Made by a program: the position numbers and the translations under genes
Shown here: one piece after another, positions 35,464 to 44,286 of the stretch
How positions within the stretch are numbered: position 1 is the first letter of the stretch
How the letters are laid out: the number at the start of each line of letters is the position of its first letter
Assembly: GCA_934232895.1 (NCBI GenBank)
Contig: CAKQGH010000001.1
Location: 3,635 to 67,634, forward strand
Direction: 5' to 3'
Origin: an uncultured Alphaproteobacteria bacterium
GTDB taxonomy: Bacteria > Pseudomonadota > Alphaproteobacteria > Rs-D84
DNA: 64,000 nucleotides
The notes under the pieces: model-generated
What the model was told of the DNA's origin: nothing
Database searches by the model: none
Seen by the model: only the letters and a program-made list of their open reading frames with translations

Positions 35464-35510
35464 CAAAAAAATGCGCTATGTGCACTGTTTCCTGCACATA
35501 GCGCGTTTTT
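35464..35510. terminator. Bidirectional terminator between pgsA and dnaJ
   Basis: Perfect 12-bp stem GCGCTATGTGCA-CTGTTTCC-TGCACATAGCGC (35473..35504) flanked by A- and T-runs. Confidence 0.75.
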
Positions 35511-36642
35511 AGAACCACCCCTTCTTTGCGCTTTTTGTTTCGGCAAATTCGGTCAAAATCTTTTTCTGTTTTTCGGTCAATTTTGTTGGAATTGAAATTG
35601 CAACATCAATATACAAATCGCCAAAACTGCCCGCACGACGCGTCGGCATACCGTGCCCACGCACACGCAATTTTTCACCAACCTGGGTGCCAGACGGTAC
35701 CTTGACCGACAATTTTTTATCGTCAATGGTGTCTACCTCGATTTCACCACCCAACGCCAATGTCGTAAATGGAATTTCCGTACGCGATACCAAATCATCG
35801 CCGACGCGTTTGAACCGCGCATCGGGCGCGATGTGAATATCCAGATAGAAATCGCCCGGTGTGCCACCATTCGGTGCCGCCTCGCCCTGGCCGGCCAGGC
35901 GCAGACGCGCACCATCTTCAATGCCGGCCGGAATTTTTACATCCAGCGTCCGCGATTTATGCACCGTGCCCGTGCCATCACATGCCGTGCACTTTTTATC
36001 AATTTTATGGCCCAGTCCGCCACAATCGGGACATGGCGTTTCCATTGCAAAAAATCCCTGGCGTGTGTGAACATAACCCGAACCGCCGCATGTTTTGCAT
36101 ACCGGCGCCGGCTTACCATCGGCGGTTCCATTGCCACCACATTTTTCACATGTCACATTGCTGGAAAATTTAACAGTATGTGTCGTGCCGAAATATGCAT
36201 CGCGCAATGAAATTGTCACATCGTCCAACAAATCACGGCCGCGGGTTGCCTGTGCACCGCGCGCAGCCGCGCCGCCAAAATCGCCAAATCCGAAACCACG
36301 CATTGCCTCGCGCAAAATATCATCCATACCGGCACCGCCCCCCATATCAAAATGGAACGCCCCGTTGCCAAACGGATTCGCGCCGCCAAATCCCGCACCC
36401 GCCGACGCGCCATTGCCACCAGCAAACGCCGCATCACCGAATCGGTCATATGCCGCACGTTTTTGCGGATCTTTCAGAATATCAAACGCATTGTTTATTT
36501 CCTTGAATTTCTCTTCGGCGGATTTATCGCCCGGATTTTTATCCGGATGATATTGCATTACCAATTTATGGTATGCCTTTTTAATATCGGCGTCCGACGC
36601 ATCGCGCGCGACGCCCAAAACTTCGTATGGATTTTTGTTCAT
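35509..36642 (-). CDS. dnaJ: Chaperone DnaJ
   Basis: J domain with HPDKN, G/F region, four CxxCxGxG repeats (CEKCGGNG, CKTCGGSG, CPDCGGLG, CTACDGTG). Confidence 0.93.
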   Translation of the reverse strand: MNKNPYEVLGVARDASDADIKKAYHKLVMQYHPDKNPGDKSAEEKFKEINNAFDILKDPQKRAAYDRFGDAAFAGGNGASAGAGFGGANPFGNGAFHFDMGGGAGMDDILREAMRGFGFGDFGGAAARGAQATRGRDLLDDVTISLRDAYFGTTHTVKFSSNVTCEKCGGNGTADGKPAPVCKTCGGSGYVHTRQGFFAMETPCPDCGGLGHKIDKKCTACDGTGTVHKSRTLDVKIPAGIEDGARLRLAGQGEAAPNGGTPGDFYLDIHIAPDARFKRVGDDLVSRTEIPFTTLALGGEIEVDTIDDKKLSVKVPSGTQVGEKLRVRGHGMPTRRAGSFGDLYIDVAISIPTKLTEKQKKILTEFAETKSAKKGWF

Positions 36643-36758
36643 AATTTCAGGCCTGTTATTTCTTGATGTTGAATATATAGGCCGATTAGATAAAAAATCA
36701 AGCCCCGAAAACTGTTTCGCTTGCGAAAAATGAAATTTTGCGCTAATAATATGATGCT

Positions 36759-38738
36759 ATGACAGAAAATAATACACACACATACGACGCATCAGATATT
36801 CAGGTATTAGAGGGGCTGGAGCCCGTTCGTCTGCGCCCTGGGATGTATATCGGGGGCACCGATGAAAAGGCGTGGCACCACCTGCCGATTGAAATTATGG
36901 ACAACTCGATTGACGAGGCGGTGGCCGGCTTTGCCAAGAAAATCACCGTGAACCTGATTGATGCAAAAACTATTGAAATTACCGACGATGGTCGTGGTAT
37001 CCCGGTTGACGAACACCCAAAATACCCGGGCAAGTCTGCGCTAGAGGTTATTTTGACTACCCTGCATTCGGGCGGCAAGTTCAATAATAATGTTTATAAA
37101 ACCAGTGGTGGTCTGCATGGCGTGGGAAGTGCGGTTGTAAATGCATTGTCATCAGAAATGGTCGTCACCATTTCGCGCGATGGGTACGAGTGGCATCAGT
37201 CCTTTTCGCGCGGCAAAACAACATCGCCAATTACGCGCGGAAATGCCACAAAAAATCACGGGACAAAAATCCGCTTTACCATCGATGATGAAATATTCGG
37301 CGCGAATGCCGTGTTCAAGCCGATTAAAATCTATCGTATGGCGCGTGCGAAATCATTCCTGTCGCGCGGGGTAAAAATTGATTGGCATTGCAACCCGGAA
37401 TTATTGACCGAGGATATGAACATCCCGGCCGACACAACATTTTATTACCCGGGTGGAGTGGCCGATTTCTTGGACGAAAAGACCCGCGACAAACCACGCA
37501 TTTTGCCCAAAATTTTCAGCGGCAGCGTTGATTTCCCAGATGACACGGGTCGCGTGGAATGGGCACTGACGGTGCTGACCGATGAAAATGGTGCGGCATC
37601 CGATGATGGATTTTTTGCATCATACTGCAACACGATTGCAACGATTGACGGTGGCACACACGAAACCGGGTTCAAGGCCGCAATTACCAAGGGGATAAAG
37701 GCATACGGCGAAAAAGTAAATAACAAGGCTGCCGCAACAATCATTGGCGACGACGTATTCGATTCGGTCGCGGCGATTGTATCTGTGTTCTATAAAACAC
37801 CGCAATTTTTGGGCCAGACCAAGGAAAAATTATCCAACCCGGAAATTGCCCGATACACCGAAAACGCCCTGCGCGACCCATGGGAAATATTCCTGGCATC
37901 GGACCCCAAAACGGCAAATGCACTGTTGGATTTTGTCGTGAATTTGGCCAATGCACGTATCAAGACCAAACAGGTCAAGGATATCGCACGCAAAACCCCG
38001 ACCAAGCGCGCGCGCATGCCGGCGAAACTGGCCGATTGTTCCAAGCATGGAATCGAAGGCACAGAACTGTTTATCGTCGAGGGGGAATCCGCGGGCGGCA
38101 CCGCGAAACAGGCACGCGACCGCGCAACCCAGGCGATTATGCCCCTGCGTGGCAAGGTGTTAAATGTTATTTCTAATTCCGACGAACGTTTCGGCGCGAA
38201 CAAGGAATTAAACGAACTGATTGACATTATCGGCGCCGGCACGGCCAAGGATTGGGATGAATCCAAATTGCGCTATGAAAAAATTATCGTTATGACCGAT
38301 GCCGATGTCGACGGCAGCCATATCGCATCGCTGTTGATGGCTTTTTTCTATCAGCACATGCCGCAACTGATTTACGGTGGCCATCTGTATTTGTCATGTC
38401 CGCCATTGTATAAATTCACATGCGGAACCGAATCGTTCTATGTTGACACGGACGAAGAACTGGACGCATTGCAAAACGGCAAATATAAAAATAAAAAAGT
38501 GGAAATTTCCCGATTCAAGGGTTTGGGCGAAATGATGCCGAACCAGTTAAAGGAAACGACCATGTCGCCAAAAACGCGGCGGTTGATTCGCGTTGACCTG
38601 CCCCCACGGACGGACGATGGTGCCGAGGATACGGAAAAAACCCGCACAATTGTTTCCGAACTGATGGGTAAAAAGCCCGAATTTCGTTTCCGCTTTATCA
38701 CCGAACATGCACAATTCGTCAAAGATTTGTTTGTCTGA
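36759..38738 (+). CDS. parE: Type IIA topoisomerase B subunit, most likely topoisomerase IV ParE
   Basis: 659 aa; LEGLEPVRLRPGMYIGGTDE, Toprim EGESAGG, PLRGKVLNV, DADVDGSHI; short length favours ParE over GyrB but does not prove it. Confidence 0.75.
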   Translation: MTENNTHTYDASDIQVLEGLEPVRLRPGMYIGGTDEKAWHHLPIEIMDNSIDEAVAGFAKKITVNLIDAKTIEITDDGRGIPVDEHPKYPGKSALEVILTTLHSGGKFNNNVYKTSGGLHGVGSAVVNALSSEMVVTISRDGYEWHQSFSRGKTTSPITRGNATKNHGTKIRFTIDDEIFGANAVFKPIKIYRMARAKSFLSRGVKIDWHCNPELLTEDMNIPADTTFYYPGGVADFLDEKTRDKPRILPKIFSGSVDFPDDTGRVEWALTVLTDENGAASDDGFFASYCNTIATIDGGTHETGFKAAITKGIKAYGEKVNNKAAATIIGDDVFDSVAAIVSVFYKTPQFLGQTKEKLSNPEIARYTENALRDPWEIFLASDPKTANALLDFVVNLANARIKTKQVKDIARKTPTKRARMPAKLADCSKHGIEGTELFIVEGESAGGTAKQARDRATQAIMPLRGKVLNVISNSDERFGANKELNELIDIIGAGTAKDWDESKLRYEKIIVMTDADVDGSHIASLLMAFFYQHMPQLIYGGHLYLSCPPLYKFTCGTESFYVDTDEELDALQNGKYKNKKVEISRFKGLGEMMPNQLKETTMSPKTRRLIRVDLPPRTDDGAEDTEKTRTIVSELMGKKPEFRFRFITEHAQFVKDLFV

Positions 38739-38967
38739 CGCGCCGCTGCATACAACTGAAATGGGTGCGGCGCGCATTAGGCGGAATTTGAATCTGGCGC
38801 CAAATGCCGATGTTGTGCGTTTTTGCCGCGCCATGGTTTCAAACGCCGAAATTACCCGCCACGGGAAAAATTACTATGCCAGACGCCGCGATTTGGTGAT
38901 AACAATAAACGCAACATCATTTACGATAATAACCGCCCACAGAATCAGGTCGCCACACCGTGATTGA
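38707..38967 (+). CDS. DUF3781-family small protein
   Basis: LHTTEMGAARIRRNLNL..DVVRFC...ITRHGKNYY...ITINATSFTIITAH matches my memory of DUF3781; the ATG overlaps the parE end by 32 nt (an in-frame TTG at 38731 is an alternative start). Confidence 0.6.
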   Translation: MHNSSKICLSDAPLHTTEMGAARIRRNLNLAPNADVVRFCRAMVSNAEITRHGKNYYARRRDLVITINATSFTIITAHRIRSPHRD

Positions 38968-39021
38968 CAATTTATTTTTTTGTATTATATTATACAGGCA
39001 ATAAACAAGGAAAATATTAAA

Positions 39022-39537
39022 ATGACAAATTTAAGTAAGATAGCGCAAATGCACAAAAGTCATAAAAGAAAGAATACTTATGTAGTCCATCTGGATACCG
39101 AATTTAATATGCCGGCATTCTGGGAAGAATTCAGCAAATCGCCATTGACTGTTCTGATTAAAAATGGTGAAAAGGTTCAAGAGGTTGGGCGCTGTATGCG
39201 TTGCACCAAATTCCCAAACCCGGGCGCAATTCAAATGCATCGCGAATATCGGTATTTGGCCCAAGTAGATAAAAAATTGGCATCAACCGTTGTCGAATAT
39301 TTGGACAAGGACACCGGCGCACCGGTCGCATTGCTGTACCCAACAGACCTGTATGTGTACGAAGAATATCGTGACAACGATTTCTTGGCACATTTGAACC
39401 ATGCATCGCGTCAAGATTTTGTTCGCCAAATGGACCTGCGTACCCAAATGCTGGACAAGGCAATCGCCATGGGCCAAGGATTACAAATAACGAGAAAAAA
39501 ATGGCAAGCACAAAACACAAAAACACATACATTGTAA
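39022..39537 (+). CDS. Hypothetical protein, tandem paralog A (171 aa)
   Basis: ORF 38980..39537 trimmed to MTNLSKI (AAGGAAAA SD); shares KNTY[VI]V, FPNPGA, EYR, KLAST[VI]VEYLDKD.GAPV..LYPT, HLNHA.R.D with 39501..39935. Confidence 0.6.
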   Translation: MTNLSKIAQMHKSHKRKNTYVVHLDTEFNMPAFWEEFSKSPLTVLIKNGEKVQEVGRCMRCTKFPNPGAIQMHREYRYLAQVDKKLASTVVEYLDKDTGAPVALLYPTDLYVYEEYRDNDFLAHLNHASRQDFVRQMDLRTQMLDKAIAMGQGLQITRKKWQAQNTKTHTL

Positions 39538-39935
39538 AAATCGATGGCACAATGGCCGACTTGCAGGCCTTTGCCATGTGCGAACATACCCCACTGCCAG
39601 TCGTCACACTTAATGGCGCACCAGTAAAGCAAAACGCTGGTGGGTGGTTGAACTCTGTTCTTTTTCCAAACCCGGGGGCATCATATATGTCGGCGGAATA
39701 TCGGAACATTGCACCGCATTTTGGTGAAAAATTGGCATCAACAATTGTTGAATATCTGGACAAGGATAATGGTGCCCCGGTTGTATATTTGTACCCAACA
39801 ATTATTTTGGTTTGCGATGGGTACGATGAAACATACGAAAAGCATCTGAACCACGCAACACGTCGCGATTTGGCAAACCAAATTACCAAGCGCCGCATCG
39901 CATGGGTAAAAATGAATTCACAAAATCAACGATAA
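39501..39935 (+). CDS. Hypothetical protein, tandem paralog B (144 aa)
   Basis: Overlaps paralog A by 37 nt; roughly 40-45 percent identical by eye over about 120 aa. Confidence 0.6.
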   Translation: MASTKHKNTYIVKIDGTMADLQAFAMCEHTPLPVVTLNGAPVKQNAGGWLNSVLFPNPGASYMSAEYRNIAPHFGEKLASTIVEYLDKDNGAPVVYLYPTIILVCDGYDETYEKHLNHATRRDLANQITKRRIAWVKMNSQNQR

Positions 39936-39980
39936 AAAACACCGGCAAATGCCGGTGTTTTTGTTTTCCCACATCTTTGT

Positions 39981-41456
39981 TTATTGGATACCGACGCGGA
40001 ACTCGTCACCCCAACCGGCGACAGCCTGGCCGCCAACGGTACATTGCAGGGCATCAAAACCTTTTTCAACTTGATTTTTCTTGACCACATGGCTGGTCAC
40101 CAAACCACCGGTTGTCCCCAGCACCACGGCGGCAATAGAATCCGATGCCAAACGCGCAGTGTTGAAATTACCCTCGGCATCTTTCCATACGGTCACCTTG
40201 AAATCATCTTGCATGCTGTCCAGTTTGCTGATGATTCCACTGATTTTATTGCGCGATGTTGTTTGTTGAACAGACAATTGGACCGCCGCGGCATTTTGTG
40301 CCAGCTGGTTTTGTGCCGAAATCAATGCACGCAATTGCGCCATTAAACTGTTAAATTTAACCGAATCGCGATTGCTGTCATTTGTACAGAATTCCAAAAT
40401 CGCATTGATTTTGCTTTGGATTTCAGTATTTGTTGCATATTGTTCCAACCATGCGTACAACATATTCAAATCAGATTCCGCACAGGTATATGTGGATTGA
40501 TTGTTATTGTTTTGCACAATCGTGGCGCCAACACAACTGCGACTGGATGTGTTAAATGTTTTCGTCGTATCAACACATTTGCAATTTGTGCCGTTCCATG
40601 TTGCGACCGATGACGGGACATAGCAACAGGCCTTGCCCTCAGCCGATGAACGCGAATTCAAACATTTTTGCAGTGTGCTGTTTTGTACGGCACCTTTGGC
40701 CACACATTTTTTGTTGACCGCATCCCACACATGTTTATCACCACAATTGCATGCCGTACCATTCCAGTTTGCAGGTTCACCCCGTGCAGCGGCCGCCGCA
40801 CAATCGGACTGTGCCGCATTCGCACCACCATTTGATGCGTTTTTATTTACTACGCCCGCAACCGAACATTTGCCATTGTTAGCCACCATACCCTCGATAC
40901 ACTTGGTCGCCTTGCACACAAATTTCGGTCCCTCGCGGCAGACGCCCTCGAATTCGACACCATTTTGATCGGTCAGCTCTATACCGCTGCATTCAATTTT
41001 GGTCAAAACACGTACGGCGCCATCTTTCATCAAATGTTGTCCAACCGGAACATCGCCAAACGAATTTGTTTTGCAGACGCCGTCCTGCAATTCTTCCCAA
41101 CGGTCGTTGCCACCCTTGCCACCGCGGAATAACAATTCCGTTTTGCAGATGTACGATGCCTTGTGATTGATTACTTGGCCCTTGAATACATGTCCGATCG
41201 GCATATTCACAGATTGCCCCGTGGTATATCCACCAGAATTATATGCGTCGCATTCATATGCATACCCGCCACCAGAATTTTTATGCCCGGTCGTTTCGTA
41301 CCCGTTTTTTGCCATGTTATACTGTGTTGCGTTTTCGTACAAAAACTCGTCATCATCTGGTTCTTGTGACCCCTCGTAACTGATGATGGTCGCGCCGGCC
41401 GCAAACACCGACATTGGCGCCAAAGTCAAACACAAAATTGCTAGTATTTTTTTCAT
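39981..41456 (-). CDS. Secreted Cys-rich protein (491 aa), unknown function
   Basis: GGAGAAAG SD; signal peptide MKKILAILCLTLAPMSVFA; many Cys incl. duplicated W-N-G-T-x-C-x-C...C-V module; coiled-coil-like Q/A/L region; Gly-rich hydrophobic segment near the C-terminus. Confidence 0.65.
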   Translation of the reverse strand: MKKILAILCLTLAPMSVFAAGATIISYEGSQEPDDDEFLYENATQYNMAKNGYETTGHKNSGGGYAYECDAYNSGGYTTGQSVNMPIGHVFKGQVINHKASYICKTELLFRGGKGGNDRWEELQDGVCKTNSFGDVPVGQHLMKDGAVRVLTKIECSGIELTDQNGVEFEGVCREGPKFVCKATKCIEGMVANNGKCSVAGVVNKNASNGGANAAQSDCAAAAARGEPANWNGTACNCGDKHVWDAVNKKCVAKGAVQNSTLQKCLNSRSSAEGKACCYVPSSVATWNGTNCKCVDTTKTFNTSSRSCVGATIVQNNNNQSTYTCAESDLNMLYAWLEQYATNTEIQSKINAILEFCTNDSNRDSVKFNSLMAQLRALISAQNQLAQNAAAVQLSVQQTTSRNKISGIISKLDSMQDDFKVTVWKDAEGNFNTARLASDSIAAVVLGTTGGLVTSHVVKKNQVEKGFDALQCTVGGQAVAGWGDEFRVGIQ

Positions 41457-41554
41457 TCTCTTTCTCCGTCATCGTGGGGCGCGGTGGCGTCCCCATTCAT
41501 ATTCATTGCGTATATTTTATCATAAAACAGGCCCCAATCCAAGAGATAAACTTA

Positions 41555-41581
41555 AAATTAAAACCGCGCGAATTGCGCGGT
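41555..41581 (-). terminator. dnaA terminator
   Basis: CCGCGC-GAATT-GCGCGG hairpin followed on the minus strand by TTTTAATTTT. Confidence 0.55.
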
Positions 41582-41587
41582 CGTGTA

Positions 41588-42871
41588 TTATTTGCATTCG
41601 GCAACCAATTGATTTATTTGCGCCGCCAAAACCAAATCGGTCTGTTTTTGTTTTTCAACTTGGGCAATGGCATATACAACCGTCGCATGGTCGCGCCCAC
41701 CAACATAACCGCCAATTTCAGACAACGACAAACCTGTTGCAGATTTCAACACCGCCATCATAACCTGGCGCGCCATAACCAATGCGCGACTGCGCCCACG
41801 ACCACATACCGCGTCATACGAAACGCCCAATTTTTCGCACATTGCGCGCACCATGGAAATTGGTGTTTTTGCGCGCTGCAATGTGTCGGCCAACAAGCGC
41901 GATGCAACACTCATATCGACCGGCATTCCCATCAAATCATTATATGTTTTGATTTTCATAATAACGCCACGAACCAAATGACCATCGGCCGCCGTGCGAT
42001 GCGCCAATTCGGTTGCAACATCTGACGCAACGCCCGCACGCAACAGCATTACGCGACGAACATTTTCGTTCGGCTGAACCATATCCGCAACCAAGCCCGA
42101 TGCCATCAGCGATTGCGCACGACGATCAAAACCCGTCAAATTGCCTGGTGCCGCGTTTGCCGTTAAAACGATGTTTTTGCCGGCACTGCGCAAATCCATA
42201 ATCAGTTGCATAAATTCTTCGCATGTGGCGCGTTTACCCGCCAACATTTGAACATCATCCATAATAAATGTATCACAATTGCGGCAGTAATCTTTGAATG
42301 CGAAAATTGTACGGTCGTGCAACGCGCGTGCAAATTCAGAAACAAAATTCCCACCGGTCATCATAATGGTGCGACCCGTCGCCGCCGAATTGATGCAATT
42401 GGCCAACAACGATTTGCCACAACCCGCCGGTCCATAAATAAACAACGGCGAGAATGGTACACACCCCGCCGCCAATTTTTTGCATGCCGACACAACAAAC
42501 GCATTCTCGTCGGACGCAACAAATTCATCGAATGTTGCGGTCGTTGCATCATCTGTGGCGCGCGCCGCCGGTGCATAGGATTGAACCGCATTATCATTTG
42601 CAACGGTTGCCGCCACAGACGCCGCACCACGCACCGCGATACGCACCGCCAAACCATATTCCGCCGCAACCGCGTTTAACGTCGCGCCGTGCACGCCTGA
42701 AATAAAATCGGCCGAGAATTGATTTTGCGCGGTCAGCACCAATGTATTATCGACAATTTCAAAATTCAGTGGAGAAATCCAGGACGAGAACGCAGCAGAA
42801 TCCATTTTTGCGGCAATGGCCCCCTTGATAACTTCCAAGTTAGTCATTTTTATTGTCGCCGCTGCCTGCAT
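41588..42871 (-). CDS. dnaA: Chromosomal replication initiator DnaA
   Basis: ORF 41588..42931 trimmed to MQAAATIK (ATG 42871 preceded by AAGGAAGGAGA); AAA+ Walker A GPAGCGKS, C-terminal DNA-binding region ...GGRDHATVVYA. Confidence 0.9.
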   Translation of the reverse strand: MQAAATIKMTNLEVIKGAIAAKMDSAAFSSWISPLNFEIVDNTLVLTAQNQFSADFISGVHGATLNAVAAEYGLAVRIAVRGAASVAATVANDNAVQSYAPAARATDDATTATFDEFVASDENAFVVSACKKLAAGCVPFSPLFIYGPAGCGKSLLANCINSAATGRTIMMTGGNFVSEFARALHDRTIFAFKDYCRNCDTFIMDDVQMLAGKRATCEEFMQLIMDLRSAGKNIVLTANAAPGNLTGFDRRAQSLMASGLVADMVQPNENVRRVMLLRAGVASDVATELAHRTAADGHLVRGVIMKIKTYNDLMGMPVDMSVASRLLADTLQRAKTPISMVRAMCEKLGVSYDAVCGRGRSRALVMARQVMMAVLKSATGLSLSEIGGYVGGRDHATVVYAIAQVEKQKQTDLVLAAQINQLVAECK

Positions 42872-42929
42872 GTCGTTTCTCCTTCCTTTCAGAGTTTCCT
42901 GCCAGCGCAAGAGTGTAAAAATCACCTGC

Positions 42930-42975
42930 ACATAAACGCTAAATTTTACTGTTCCATAAAATTTAGTGTTTATGT
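42930..42975. promoter_or_regulatory. 19-bp inverted repeat in the dnaA upstream/leader region
   Basis: ACATAAACGCTAAATTTTA-CTGTTCCA-TAAAATTTAGTGTTTATGT, one mismatch; 59..104 nt upstream of the dnaA start. Confidence 0.5.
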
Positions 42976-43176
42976 TAGCCCTACTTTACAACTCTCTCGC
43001 TTTGGTGACTGAGATGTTTACTCTCAATCGTTTTGGATACGTCAGTTAAGTTATAAGATAAATTTTGATTTTCAACCAAATGTTAAACAATTTTTTAACA
43101 TTTATTTTTTGACAACGATTCGTTTTTTTGCCAGATTTCCGCCGTTTGTATATACAATGTATAGACAAGAAAATAT

Positions 43177-44208
43177 TCATATACGAATATATCCACTGTC
43201 AACTTTTCGTACCAAACCCTGTAATTCCAGCACAACCAAATCGCGCTTAATTTCCGAAATATTTTTTTTGACAATTTCTGCCAATACAGATTCGGACACC
43301 GGAATCGTCCCCAGTTTATCCAACAAGGAATTTTCACCCGTATCTTTTTTTGTTTTTTTCTGCAACGATTGGGAATTATTTTCCAGCTCTGGGAAATCAG
43401 TCACCCCAACGCATAATTCCGCCACACCCGATTTTATCAGCGAATTTGGCCCGGCGCCGCGGGAATCCGCCGGATGCGACGGAATTGCGTATATTTTACG
43501 GTCAAATTCCTGTGCGAATCGGGCGGTGTGCATACTGCCAGATTTCTTGTCGGCCTCGCCCAATATCAATTTTTGGCCGATTCCCGCGACCCAGCGGTTG
43601 CGTTGCACGAAATTTGATGCGATTGGCGACATGCCAACTGGCATTTCACTGACCACCACACCACGCGAAACAATTTCCCAATACAGCGATTCGTTTTCAA
43701 CCGGCCAAATGTTATCGCACCCGCCCGCCAAAACGGCGATTGTTTGGGCATTGCCATCGGCCCGTAATGCGCCACGATGTGCCGCCGCATCGGTGCCAAT
43801 TGCCATACCCGACACAACCGCAATGCCATGCGCCGCAAAATTCGTTGCCAAATTCGCCATAAATTCCATACCCGCCGCGGTTGCATGGCGCGTGCCAACC
43901 ATTGCGACGGCCGGCCTGCGCAATGTTTCCAAATTTCCGCGTGCCGATAACACCGGCGGATGATGTTTCAGCGCCCGCAACGCCGCCGGATAATATGCAT
44001 CGGTGTCACATATATAATGTATGTCCAGTTCTGCCGCGCGGTCCATTTCGCGCCGCACCGATGCAACATGCGCATCATCCGCGCCCAGGGACGCCGCCGC
44101 CGCACGAACATCACCACCGAATCGGTCCAATAATTTGCCATAGTTCACCGGCCCAATATTTGGCATACGCAAAATCAATAATCTTTCAAATAAATCAGAC
44201 ATATTCAT
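43177..44208 (-). CDS. dprA: DNA-processing protein DprA (Smf)
   Basis: ORF 43177..44268; start uncertain (MNMSDLF chosen); core VVSGMAIGTDAAAHRGAL and C-terminal winged-helix-like tail. Confidence 0.82.
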   Translation of the reverse strand: MNMSDLFERLLILRMPNIGPVNYGKLLDRFGGDVRAAAASLGADDAHVASVRREMDRAAELDIHYICDTDAYYPAALRALKHHPPVLSARGNLETLRRPAVAMVGTRHATAAGMEFMANLATNFAAHGIAVVSGMAIGTDAAAHRGALRADGNAQTIAVLAGGCDNIWPVENESLYWEIVSRGVVVSEMPVGMSPIASNFVQRNRWVAGIGQKLILGEADKKSGSMHTARFAQEFDRKIYAIPSHPADSRGAGPNSLIKSGVAELCVGVTDFPELENNSQSLQKKTKKDTGENSLLDKLGTIPVSESVLAEIVKKNISEIKRDLVVLELQGLVRKVDSGYIRI

Positions 44209-44286
44209 ACTATAAGAAATATTCCCCATGTAATAAAAGTAAAAAAAGCGTCCCGAATGGGACGCCAATATAAATGCGACGCGGTA

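Noticed and set aside
39158-39898. 246-aa minus-strand ORF spanning both tandem paralogs
   Set aside because: The product is Cys/Arg/Pro-rich junk-like sequence. The plus-strand ORFs are mutually homologous and have SDs, so the minus-strand frame is an antisense artefact.
42872-43176. Possible oriC in the dnaA-dprA intergenic region
   Set aside because: Only two-mismatch DnaA-box-like words are visible and I cannot compute GC skew from one window. I reported it as an open question rather than a feature.
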